Made by a program: the position numbers and the translations under genes. From assembly GCA_040357565.1 (NCBI GenBank), contig JBDODJ010000001.1: a stretch of DNA of 64,000 nucleotides; one strand, 5' to 3'. Of this stretch, positions 1-11,615 are shown one piece after another. The notes beneath the pieces are model-generated. The model ran no database searches. It saw only the letters and a program-made list of their open reading frames with translations, and was not told the DNA's origin. The stretch's first letter is position 1, and every line of letters begins with the position of its first letter. The DNA comes from Cercozoa sp. M6MM. Taxonomy: Eukaryota > Protista > Endomyxa: Ascetosporea.

Positions 1-891
1 TTAGTCACAATGTCGAAGCACTGGAAGATGTGCTCGGTCGCACATGTCAGATCGACGACTGAACATGTCAAAATTATATGGGATTGCAGTAAATTTACAC
101 AGTCATGTACATGGGGGGGGGGGGTAGAACATATTCCCGTACCGTCGTACATGCTCAGTAAATGCGTCTTGTGAGTCAAGTCGTGACAGTTAGCAAAGTC
201 GGCAGCTTCTTTGGCCTGGCATACGAGACGGCCCGGGCACTGCTGCGGCAGACATGGCACGTACTTCACAACACGCGGGTCGGCCTTGCTGCTCTCACAA
301 GCCCAGGTACATTTATACCGTAGTGTTGAGCTACGTCCTTAGACATTCGTAATTTACAATATAAATTTGGTACCATGCGAAAGCCTTGGAGCAGTCGCCG
401 TTCTGGAAGCAGTCGTGCACCAAAGTGAAGGCATCCGGATTCTCCACAGGGTCGAGGGATGCACAGGGGCCCGAAGGGGTAGGAGTCGAGGAGGGACTTG
501 GCACAGGCGTAGGTGTCGGAGAGGGACTTGGCACAGGCGTAGGTGTCGGCGAAGGACTTGGCACAGGCGTGGGTGTCGGTGAAGGGCTCGGTACGGGCGT
601 AGGTGTCGGCGAAGGACTTGGCACAGGCGTAGGTGTCGGTGAAGGACTCGGTACGGGCGTAGGGGTCGGAGACGGGCTCGGTACGGGCGTGGGAGTTGGG
701 GACGGACTCGGTACGGGCGTAGGTGTTGGCGAAGGACTTGGCACAGGCGTGGGAGTCGGGGACGGACTCGGTACGGGCGTAGGAGTCGGAGAAGGACTCG
801 AAGTGGGAGTTTTCCAGCCCTGGTAGACCGAGTCGGCAGTCACGGCGTGACTGACGAGGACAGACAGGACAGTGGCCAAGAACAGCTTCAT
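1..891 (-). CDS. Secreted Pro/Ser/Thr-repeat (mucin/extensin-like) protein with Cys-rich C-terminal region; 3' end runs off the window
   Basis: Signal peptide [19 protein letters not shown], then ~11 copies of [10 protein letters not shown]. Splicing GTACCA..ACGTAG (~373-331) and GTACGG..GTTCAG continues the frame into Cys-rich exons ([30 protein letters not shown]). Confidence 0.75.
478..805 (-). repeat. Coding 30-bp tandem repeat (~11 copies) encoding [10 protein letters not shown]
   Basis: Directly visible; variation between copies is almost all synonymous. Confidence 0.95.
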
Positions 892-1347
892 ATGGACCGG
901 AACGATGCGATTTGACAGCGGAACAACTTAGGTGTCACTGTGCTTGTTTCGAACGGGATTCGGAGGAACGGTTGATCAGATGGAACTGAACGTTCGCTGG
1001 TAACTCGAATGCACAACTGAGAACGTAATCAAATCGGATGCCGGAGTGAAGCAACCCAACTGGACTGAATCTTTCGGGAAAATAGAGCCCGAAGACCATT
1101 TAGTGTTCGGCAAATGTCATTCACCTAAACGTTGACATCTGTCATGTCCTTACAACAGGCAGTAAAGTAACGAAATTGCAGCTTTTCAGAGCTTTCCTAG
1201 TTTAGTCTGGGCCAGGCCAACATCTTGATTACGCCCATACCTATGTGAGCGCACGCAGCGCGACGCAGCTTTCTTTCGGACTTTGTGCAGAAAATAAAAA
1301 CGCATGAACCGACGCTCGGCCCTCGATACATCTAGCCAGAGCTTGGA

Positions 1348-1971
1348 ATGCGTCTGTGCAAGCAAGTGTTGTGCTTCCTAGGACTGATCGGGACAGTACC
1401 AGTCTCTGGTGCTCGTGCCAGTCAGGATGCCGAAGCCTTTCGAGAGTTGAGACATGTCGCTTGTGATTTACGTGGCGCAGAGGTGCGACTCCAGCCGCTG
1501 CTGGTCGACAACTCAGGACTGGTCAATTTTACTATTCTTTCCGTCTGAGTTTTATGCAAGATTAAGATTACAGTATCGATTTAATTCGCAGACTGAAGGA
1601 GTCAAAGCAATGGTGACCCAGATCCACTTCTTGCTGACTTCGTCGAGCGATATCGTTGAAGAATTCTGCCAAGAAAAAGAACGTGCCGATGTGAAGGCCA
1701 AAGTTGGTGCTAATCGTAGTGTCACGTCTGACTTTGACTTGAGTTTGACTGCATTAAGCGACTCGGACGAGGACAGTGACAGCAGCGACTTAGACTGGAA
1801 TGTCGTGACTCCGAAACCTCAACAACCTGAGAGAATCCAGGAGGCTGTCACTCCCGAGATCAAGCTTCCTCTCGATCTGAGCGACAATGACGGCACAGAA
1901 ATCGCTGTTCCTGGTGCCAACGGACAGCCTGTCTGCATGAAGTACATTACCTATTAATGAAGCATTCACAG

Positions 1972-2065
<94 letters not shown>

Positions 2066-2908
2066 GAGACTAAACCTCAGTTTCAAGAACCAAGTGAAAG
2101 ACTCTCCGCGTCCAGTCCACAACATGTTCCACCCGCAGCGCAGTCGAACTGCTTCACCAAAGGCATCGAAAGCACCGAAGGCGAACCCTGTGGCACTGGC
2201 CAGACAGCGCTATGCCGAACTGAACCGCAAGCAAGCTCAACAACACCATCGCTCCGCCTCTCATGAGGCGAGATATGCGCATCCCCAACATCAACAACAA
2301 CAACAACACCAACATCAACAACCGCATCAACATCAACAACCACATCAACATCAACATCAACAGCAGCCTACAGTCCCCCAGTTCCGTGCACCCAACGTCA
2401 GCCCGAACGGTGGCAACGTAAACCCACTGGCCTGTCCGAACTTACGAGGTGTTCCTGGTGCTCGTGTTCCCTACCCTGTGAGAAGGCCCGGTAACCTACC
2501 GCCTCCGCCCGTCTACGAACCTCCCAAGCCAGCATGGCAACCCGCTCGCTACCCTCCTGCCAGTGCGGCTTTCGGTGGTGTCTGTGGCTACGGCGCCTAC
2601 CAGGGCGTCGCAACTCGCGCTCTTCCCACGCCGCAACAACAGCAAGAGTACGAGCAGAGAACCAAGTCCAATCAGCCTGGGTACTGCACTGCGCGTGTAC
2701 TGTACATCCAGTCAGTTCGGTTTATCCGGCTGCTCTTAGGTTTGGAGGCAAGGTACGCGACTCGCTCCATGCCGCGAGGCGTCGCTGGCGACAGCAGAAG
2801 CCAGAGTCCGAGAAGGAACGGCACGCGCGCGAGTGGCAGGAGTGGCGTGACTGCGTGGCCAAGCAAATGAAGCAGATCGACCCAACGTTTACATTCGACC
2901 CGCAATAA
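1348..2908 (+). CDS. Hypothetical multi-exon protein with acidic, Gln/His-rich and Pro-rich low-complexity regions
   Basis: ORF segments 1454-1957, 2065-2680 and 2740-2908 can be joined by GT-AG introns, one holding (TG)n. Start codon uncertain. Confidence 0.55.
1975..2062. repeat. (TG)n microsatellite, intronic
   Basis: ~44 TG units ending in TAG acceptor. Confidence 0.95.
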
Positions 2909-3135
2909 ACGCCCTTTATGTTTTAGCGCGCTACACAATCTACCCGACAGAGTAGCTACCCAAACGAGTACTCAGATCTATTTAATGCATCACGATGCTC
3001 GAAAATGCCATCAGAAATTGAAAAAGCCCGTGAGAGCGCTGTTGTATAAAATTGAAATTAAAGTACGGTAGGCGAGCTTAGGCGTGCCAACAGTGTGCCT
3101 GGCGGTGTGTGCGTGCTTAGTTACACGAGTTAGAG

Positions 3136-4141
3136 ATGGGTAAACATCACCACTTGGAGGCGAGCGACCTGCTGCCTCAGAAGGGCAAGCAGGTGCTGCC
3201 GATCGACGCGGCGCGCGACGACATCGTTCGGGCCGTGCGCGACAACAACGTCGTCATCGTCACTGGTGCGACTGCTGTGTCCTTCTCTTACCCCTTTTAA
3301 GCCTTCACCCCCTTTCCCATCTAACCCCCTCTTACCCCTCCCTTACCCCCCCCCGGACAGGTGCCACGGGTAGTGGTAAGTCCACGCAGCTGCCGCAGAT
3401 TCTGCTGCAGGAGAAATACTCCGTCGCCATCTCGCAGCCACGGTACCTTTTGCTCTCTCTGACAGTGATCGCAGGCAGCGTTTCTCCGAAATGAGTGGGC
3501 AGCGATCGATCAGTTCACATTTGTTAACATAGTCGCATCGGTGCCGTGTCGCTGGCGCAGCGCGTGGCGGCCGAAATCGGCTCCGACGTCGGCGACACTG
3601 TGGGTGCGTGTTTACCTCCCTTTGCCCCCCTCTTTACCCTTGTTTACCCCCCTCTTTACCCCCCTCTTTACCCCCTCTTTCTTCTTTCCCCTCGCACCCT
3701 CAGGCTACTGCGTGCGGTTCGATCGACGTGATGAGAATGTATCTTTTACCCCCCTGTTTACCCCCCTGTTTACCCCCCTGTTTACCCCCCTGTTACCCAC
3801 ATGTTACCCCCTCCCCCTGCCTGTTAGTGCGAGGCCGTGTTCTTCTCGGACGGCGTGCTGATCGGCGAGTTGACGCAGGATCCGCTGCTGCGTCGGTTTG
3901 ACGTTGTGGTGCGTTACCCCCCNNNNNNNNNNNNNNNNNNNNNNNNNNNNNNNNNNNNNNNNNNNNNNNNNNNNNNNNNNNNNNNNNNNNNNNNNNNNNN
4001 NNNNNNNNNNNNNNNNNNNNNNCCCCCCCCCCCGACCCCCCCCCTTTACCCCCCTGGTGATAGTGGATTCGCGATCGACTGCGCAAGGTCGAAGGTGCTG
4101 ATCTTGATGGTATACCTCCTTACCCCTTACCCCCCTGCCGC

Positions 4142-4180
<39 letters not shown>

Positions 4181-4632
4181 CGCGGTACCCCCTTTAGCCC
4201 CTACCCCCTTTACCCCTACCCCCTCCCCCTATCTCTGTAGCACTGGCGCACCTGCGCGAAGGCAGCGTCGCCGAACGTTTGCTCGAGGAGCTGAGACTCG
4301 AGCAACGTCGACGGTAGTTTTACCCCCCTCTTTACCCCCCTCTTTACCCCTTACCCCCTCTTTACCCCCTCTTTACCCCCCTCCCCCGCAGCAAGAAGGA
4401 AGCCGAGCGCATCGACGCGCGTATCGCCGCACTGCGTCGGCAGAGCGAGTCGACCGACCAGTCAGACAAGCAGTCGGACAAGCAGCCCAACGAGGCCGAC
4501 GACGAGGAGGAGGAAGAGCAGGCGCAGGAGCACCGGCAGGAGGACCTCGACGACCAAGCGGCCGCGCAACTCGCACTGCAGCGCTACCGACTGCGCAAAC
4601 GCGCGCGACACGAGGCTGGCCTGTCGCTCTAA
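3136..4632 (+). CDS. DHX40: DEAH-box RNA helicase, DHX40-like; middle missing in assembly gap
   Basis: Spliced exons give LPI..VVIVTGATGSGKSTQLPQ (motif I), SQPRRIGAVSLAQRVA (Ia), VGYCVRFD and SDGVL. Exons after the gap (WIRDRLRKVEGADLDALAHL..DDQAAAQLALQRYRLRKRAR) resemble the DHX40 C-terminus as I recall it. Confidence 0.75.
3923..4022. other. Assembly gap (100 N) flanked by poly-C; true gap probably >1 kb
   Basis: Helicase motifs II-VI and the HA2/OB regions are absent between the flanks. Confidence 0.9.
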
Positions 4633-4990
4633 CTTCCAGGGTCTTCGGCACCCTTACTACGCTAGCACCGATATCGATCACTTACTCAAGTAGTTTTTGA
4701 TATACTATACGATAGATAGGATACGATAGAACACATTGAAAGCACAGGAAAACGAACTGAAAGCGTGTCTGTGACACTTGCAGCAACTGATCAGTCAACT
4801 TGTACAGTCCGATCAGTCAAGTTGTACAGTCAGTGTTTCAGTTGCATTGAGTGCCGACTGTCAGTGAGAGTCCTCAGAGAGTGTGCGCGTCTATGGTAGG
4901 AGAGAGGTGTCAATGTGTCAGAGTGTCAGTTTGTGTGAGCTCGAGGGAAGAAACAGGCGAGGGCAGGCAGGCAGGGGGAGGGGTCTCCCC

Positions 4991-5796
4991 CTACGTGTAC
5001 CAGTCGAGCATCTTGCTGGCCTGCTTTTTCGACAGCGAGCGAATCTCGGCGACCCACTCGTCTCGCATCTCCTGTGCAGGGAGCGGATAGGTTGGGTAAC
5101 AGATAGAGAGACGGATGGATAGATATAGATAGATAGATCGACAGATGGGTAGATAGATAGATAGATAGATAGATGGATAGATAGATAGATGGATAGATAG
5201 ATAGTAGATAGATAGATAGATATAGAAGTGATAAAAGATGCACCTTGGTGGCGGCCATAAGACTCCAGGTTTCCATGTCGCCTGTCACAATGTCGAAGCG
5301 GCAGCCGTCGGCCTTGCTGTCCGGGAAGGCCTTCACTGCGATGACGCTCCACAGCGGAATCTGGTCTACGCTCAATCCAACACAGACAAATTCGGTCAAG
5401 TCAAGTGAAGTCAAGTCAGTCCAGTCCAGTCAGAGTATACAAACCAACATACAGCCAACCATGGTGGGATCGTTGCGCTTGAAGCACGTTATTGACTCCG
5501 TGTCTAGTGCCCACAACCTCCTCTGCCAGACGTGCCGGCCTGCTACCTGTCAACACACACAACAATGCTTTCACCAGCTACGGCTGCCAAAAGAAGCTAA
5601 AGCATTCAATTGTTTCCAATCGTCTCACAAAAACGACACTTTAAAAAAGGAAAAACTATCAAAAGCTCCATTCAACCAAAGCTCAAAACTAAAAAATAAA
5701 AAAAAACTGAAAGCTGTTTCGAACTCGAGGTACCTCTCGTCGCGACTTCTTCTTTAAAAAGCCGACTAGAACGCGAGGAGGGCCCTGTTCGGCCAT
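4991..5796 (-). CDS. Small PH-domain protein (4 exons)
   Basis: MAEQGPPRVLVGFLKKKSRRE/..HVWQRRLWAL..CFK../QIPLWSVIAV..CRFDIVT..WSLMA../EMREWVAEIRSL follows the PH pattern with the terminal Trp helix. Confidence 0.8.
5100..5225. repeat. (GATA)n microsatellite, intronic
   Basis: Directly visible in the last intron of the PH gene. Confidence 0.95.
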
Positions 5797-6225
5797 CTCA
5801 CGCTCCCGCTGCTGGTAGTATTCGCGCCTGCGTGTTGATTCGGTCGACATGTGCTGGTCAAACTGTTACTGTCACTTTAACTCTGTCTGGAGAAACGCCC
5901 GGTCAACGGAGCCAACTTGTTTTGCACCAGACTGAACGTTCACCGCGGAAGCGCAGTCGGACGCACGCGGTTCTTGCCACACTCGTGGACCGGCAGGAAA
6001 TAATAAACGCGCCAGACCCAGCGAGCTGACAAGGCCTCTTGGCGTGCACCAATCAAAAACGACTCAAGATGCGCTAACAGATCACACACGCGCACAGCAG
6101 CACGATGGAAGAAGATCGTGCTTGGGTAGTGTGTAGTTGTTAGACTTTTGTTTGTTAAGGCTGCGGCATTTTATCCTGTGGTCAGACGCTTGTTGTTGAT
6201 TGTAGGCTTTGGCTAGTGTAGTGCC

Positions 6226-7620
6226 ATGCTTCCAACTTGGGCAGTTGTGCTGTGTGTCTATGCGGCACTTTTAGTGCTGAGTTGGTTGCTGAAGCGAGTG
6301 CGGTGTGCTGTTCTATCATCTGTGTGACCATGCATGTGCACGACGGTTGTTCTGACACAGTGCGCCGGGTCTAGACCTCGTGGGCAAGCACGTGGTCGTC
6401 ACTGGCGGCAGCAGCGGTCTCGGCAAGGCGATCGCAGCCCTGTCGGTTAAGCGGTAGGCCGAACAGTGTCTGTGTGGTATCGTTCCTGTCTAATGTGTAT
6501 GCCCCTGCAGAGGTGCCGCCCAGGTGACCCTGGTGGCGCGTAATCAGGCGAAACTGGACGCTGCGAAAATCGAAATTACCGAAGAAACCGCTTGCGATGC
6601 TGATGGTGCGTTTTGGCTTCTTTACCCCCCTACCCCCTACCCCCCCCCCCCAGTGGTGCAAGTGTCCTCGTGCGATGTGACTAACACCGAGTCGGTCAAG
6701 GCGATGTTCGACTCGTTCGATATGGTAGATTACCCTCTACCCATACCCTGCCCCCCTTTACCCCCCCTGGGCAGCCGGTGGACGTGCTGGTGTGTGCGGC
6801 GGGCGTGGCGCAGCCGGGCTACATTCTCGCTCAGAGCGACGACGTGTTCCGTCGGCAGATGGAGGTGAACTACTTTGGCCACGTCGCCTGCACCAGGCAG
6901 GCCGTGCTGCAGATGCTGCGTGCTGCCGAGGTAGCTCTCTTACCCACCTCTACATCCTCCCCCTACCCCTACCCCCCTCCCCAGGAACGAGGTGAGCAAC
7001 GTGGCCACGTGGTACTGGTCGGTAGTGCCATGTCGCTTCTGAGTTATGTCGGCTACGGACAGTACGCGCCCAGCAAGATGGTTCGACCCCTTACCACCAC
7101 GCCCTTAACCACCCTACCTTCTCCCCACACCTCCAGGCGATGCGTGCCTTTGCGGAGGCACTGCGGCACGAGGTGAAGCCACTCGGCATCCGAGTGACGG
7201 CCTTCTACCCGTCCAATATGGACACACCGGGCTTTGCGGCCGAGCAGCGCACCAAGCCTGAAGAAACGCAGCTCATTGAGGGCACAGCCACGTTGTTTTC
7301 GGCCCAGGCGTCCGCGCGGACGCTGTTCGATGGCATGGCACAGGGCGACTTTGCCATTACGCAGGAGTTCGTGACGCATCTGATTCGCATCGCCACTGGC
7401 GTCAGCACGCCGAGGCCGCTCGTGTTATTCGACCTGCTCGTGCTGCCTGTACCCTTTTACCCTCCCCCTCCCTAACCCTTCTTACCCCTCCGTGTGGTAG
7501 TTTGCACTGCTCTTCTTCTTCTTCTTTGCGCTCTATGTCGACGTGTGGGTCATGCCGCGCAGTCGAGGGGCACGCGCCGCCGCCGAGGCTGCGTTGGCTG
7601 CCGATGCCAAGTCCGAGTGA
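6226..7620 (+). CDS. KDSR: 3-ketodihydrosphingosine reductase (SDR family), 8 exons
   Basis: N-terminal TM, KHVVVTGGSSGLGKAIA, VTLVARN, MEVNYFG, catalytic YAPSK, YPSNMDTPGF..E..TKPEET, C-terminal TM. Confidence 0.9.
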
Positions 7621-7890
7621 CTAGCAGAGTGTTAGCCTAGCTATCTCTTACTACTGATAGTTAGGTGTTGGTTCCATGTGGTAGTTCTCACTCGCACTGG
7701 TCTCTTGCGACTGCACTCTCGATCCATAGCGTAATTAGTACAGGAGTACGTTACGTACAGCTTGACGTTCAGCTGCTCGTTGGTATGCTTCCTAGCGCAA
7801 CTGGCACAGGCTAACGCGCTGGTGACCGACTGACGGTGCTGCCAGAGTGATAAGTTGTTAACACATCGCAGTGTCCTGGTGTTTTTACAG

Positions 7891-9119
7891 TTAATTAGAA
7901 AAGTCGCGACTGTCAATCGTACGCGTTCGAGCACTGCCACGACGCTGCGTTTGGCGCTGTGACCGACGCGGAGAGATCGAGCGCGACCGTGAAGAAGTGA
8001 ACGAAAGGAAAGAGAAGGTCAAGCTTCGCGATTTTGGCTTTTTCCGAGTAAGCTGTTTCTCGCTTCGTTTCGTTTTTGAGCGCCGCTTTTGCTTACTTGA
8101 GTCCCGCTTCACTTTGCTTGAGTTGTGTCTCGTTCCGCTCGAGTGTCGCCTCGTCTTGCTCGGGCTGCGTTTTGTCTGCTGGTTTCGTCGCGTTCGATCG
8201 TGTCGTCGAGACTTTCGCTGTGATTTCTGCTTTGTTTTTCGGCCTTTGGAGTGATGATGTTTCAAGCGAAATCGTTTTCTGACGCGATAGCCACCTCCTT
8301 GGTAGGCAACGGGGCCACTTGGACCGGGAGGAGGACCGCCTTCCATTGGTTCCTCTTCCCAGTACTCTTCGTATTCCTCTGCAAGGTGAGTCAAGTCAGT
8401 ATGTAGAGCGAACTTTCTCACCTTGCTAAAGTATATATACCTTGCTGCTTCTTCAACGTTAGATACGCAACCGTGCCGACAGCTATACCAGCGAGGCCAA
8501 AAATAATTCCAAAGGCGCCCATCAAACGTGCCTTTTCATCATTGTCGTCATCTTCGACCTACAGTCAGCTTGACTGGAGATGTGCAATACAAGCAGCAGT
8601 TATTTTACAGGAGCGGCTGTCGTTGCGGGAGGAGGAGTTGTTGTCGTTGTTGTCGGTGTAGTGGTGCTAGTGGTCGTACTCGCAGTGGTCGTCGTTGTGT
8701 TCGTTGTAGTCGTCGTAGCAGCGCCAGTGGTCGTCGTTGTTGCCGAGCAATGGTGTGCTACAGTGCAAAATCAACGCTGCATACGCACTTGGCCATGGCA
8801 TGCATATAAGGTAGCAAGGCATACACAAGTAGGCCAGCACTGCCCATAAGGCAACACGAATGAACGAATATCGCATGATCGCATGCCATGCTTCCTTCGT
8901 TCGAGCGACCACTCGCGCAAATGCTCTAAACTTAGCAGAAAGTACCTCCGAAGCACAGTTTTGGTACTCGTTCGGACTTTCGTGTGTAAAAAGTTGAACT
9001 TTTGTCAAGCACTGACTGTACTATGGTGCTACTGCAAGCAAAATCATTGCTGTATGTGTCTCATGTATGTAAACCATACAATAGACCGAGACGGTAGTAT
9101 CAATGAATCTCCGATCATG
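7891..9119 (-). CDS. Single-pass membrane protein: Cys-containing N-terminus, Thr-rich stalk, TM, highly basic Arg/Lys/Ser tail
   Basis: Minus-strand exons: TTTT..PPPATTAAP / VEDDDNDEKARLMGAFGIIFGLAGIAVGTVAYLTLKKQ / EEYEEYWEEE..RRHSSGTRHNSSKVKRDSSK. Both ends uncertain. Confidence 0.6.
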
Positions 9120-9174
9120 AGGTCGGGGTTTGCACTGTACAAAGCTCCACGATATCCACCAAACGAGACATGAA

Positions 9175-11515
9175 ATGACGTTACTTACGTTGGTTTTGGC
9201 ATGGTTTGCAAGTGCAGTCGCGTGTGGCGATGTTAGAAAGGTACAGTTGTGTGGCACACAACCCTGAACTGAAACAACTGAAACACCCTTGGTATGCAGA
9301 TACTCTTTGCGGACACGCGCGTGTCCTCAGTGAACGTGAGCACGATCACAGTAGACAATGCCACGAATGTAACCACAGTGACGGGCACCTGCGTGGCCGA
9401 CAACTCGAGCGTGTCCTTCGCATGCGACACGATTCAGTCCACGGAGTGGCAGCTGGTTTCTTCGGCCTGCATGTGTCCATGCCTCGCCTCTGATGGAGTT
9501 TCGCTCTTGGACGTGTGCACCAAACCCGCTTTTGCGTGTGCATGCGCGCCCGATACCTACGGACCACGGTGTCAGAACAAGGCATGCTCTGCATCGCGAC
9601 AGTTTGGCAATGACGTGCGTTTCGAGGTTGCACTGGCCTCACCTTCTGACAACGCCATCGAGGTCGTCGTTCCGTGTTCGATCGGTGCTACTGTAGGTTT
9701 CCTTCTTTCCCAGTGATTACAATACAAACTGTTTGATTGGTCAAAGGCGACGGAGCCAGGCTTTCGTGTTTACAGGTGCAACGGAACCACCGGCGTTTAT
9801 GAGTCGACTTCGCGTGCCTTCCTTTTGTTTCCTCGCTTACTGCATAATGTACTGTACTGTGCACGCGCAATTGTTTGAAGCCTCTGCCGTCTGCCCGTGC
9901 TACTGTGACGCCGTCAACTCGACGCGTATCGTACCGCCGCTTCTTCGGAGTGCCGAGTGCGATGCCGCCGACGGCAACTGCAACTGCAGAAAAGTGCGGT
10001 TTAATTTTGCACTTCTCTGCAGCGTTTTCTGTCGAAACTGTGTTTGACAGGGATTCAGTGGACCGCGGTGCGAGAACGAGATCTTGTGCACATCTGACAG
10101 TGACTGTCAGGACAGTTTCGTCCCGGACGGTGTCGTTCGATGCGCGAGCAATCGCTGCGCCTGTGTCATGGCGAACCGCAACTTTCCGCTGTGCGATGTG
10201 TGTCGCAATGGCACTCGTCTCGGGACAATGCAGAACTGTGTTCCATGTGGCTGCAACGACAATGGAGCCATCAACGGCTCCAGCACCATGTGCAACCCAG
10301 TGACAGGACAGTGCGACTGCAAGACCGGCTTCGAGTGCGTTCACTTTTGCTAAGACACACAGCTTTTTGAAGTCCGGTTGTTCATACATAGAGGTCTGCA
10401 ATGCGAGCGACAATTGGGTGCTCTAACTTGCCCGTTTTTCGAAGAGATCATCAACGGCGTGCGCACGCGACTGGAGTGCGGAGGCAGTACGCGTGGCAAC
10501 TGCGATCGCAGTGTCGGTCGCTGTGCCTGTATCAGCGGCTGGTCTGGCAGCGACTGTGGCACACCACCCACCCCGTGTAGCACGAAAAAGTATGACCTTG
10601 TTTTACCTCCCTTTATGCCTGTCGTTACGCTAAAATCTACTGCAGCCCAGGCGATGGTTGCACACCAATGACAGGGTCATCCGCAACTGGTCTCTGTGCC
10701 AGAGGCGACGAAGGTGACATCTGCTTTGTCGAAAATGTCGACGGCGCTGCACGATTGCGAGCGGATTTCGGGTGAGCAAACCTCTCACTGTGAGTCGTCG
10801 TCTTTATGATATCAGAAACGACTCTCTGAGCAGAAGCAGGGAAGCCTTCAGTTCACTCAGTCCGGACGAACAACTGCGACTTCGCAACCAAGTGCAGCAG
10901 TCGCTCTCGCGATCTTTCCTGACGCAGCGAGTGTCTCTTTTTGCTGTGCGAGACTGGCGGCTAGGAGGCGACTTTTTCATCGTCATCAATCCGTCTGGGT
11001 CAAGCACTGCAAGCACGACGAGCACCACTGAAGTCCTGAGCATGCTGGAAGATCAAAACAGCGCCGCGCGTCGCGATTTGAGGACTGTGCTGCGCGCAGG
11101 CACTCAGAAACAGGTTCACTAACTTAGTCCTTGTGTTGAACAATCTTGGATTTATAGAGTTGATTTGTCAGGCGGAAATAACAGAAGTTGACACCACTGT
11201 TTCCTTCGTGGAGTTGGCAGCACTTGACGCAGGCCGAGGCACTGGCATTATTTTAAGCGATCGCAACGACACACCTGTCACTGTCATGATACTCGTGTCA
11301 CTCACTTTCGTGCTTGTCGTGCTGCTTATTGGCGGACTCTTGTTCCAGTACGTTCACAACCCGTTTTGGCTTTAAATGTCGGTTCACCGCCGCTATAATG
11401 GAATTTGTGCAGGCACTTTGGCTTCATCACTCCCAGTGCTACAGTCGAGCGCTGGAAGCGCCTCAAAAAGGCCAAGAAATCAAGCAAAGGAGCAGAGACG
11501 AGCACTTCATTCTGA
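9175..11515 (+). CDS. Type I membrane protein with EGF/laminin-EGF repeats and a SEA-like juxtamembrane region
   Basis: Signal peptide MTLLTLVLAWFASAVAC; CACAPDTYGPRC, CGCNDNGA..CNPVTGQCDCKTGFEGLQC, CACISGWSGSDC; TM VMILVSLTFVLVVLLIGGLLF; basic tail ending TGA 11513-11515. Confidence 0.85.
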
Positions 11516-11615
11516 AACGATTCGAGGAGCAAATTTAGATGTTTAGATAGCTTTATTTGGTGTAAAATCCAGCTTGTATGTCATTCTTTCATTCTTAAGG
11601 TCAAAACTCCACTAG

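Noticed and set aside
478-805. CRISPR-like array
   Set aside because: Head-to-tail coding repeat without unique spacers in a eukaryotic gene.
3739-3827. Possible U12-type intron (donor GTATCTTT)
   Set aside because: No TCCTTAAC-like branch site near the acceptor, and no AT-AC introns were seen; likely chance given degenerate donors.
4144-4181. Long poly-G run as a biological element
   Set aside because: Adjacent to an assembly gap in low-complexity DNA; the length is probably a sequencing or assembly artefact.
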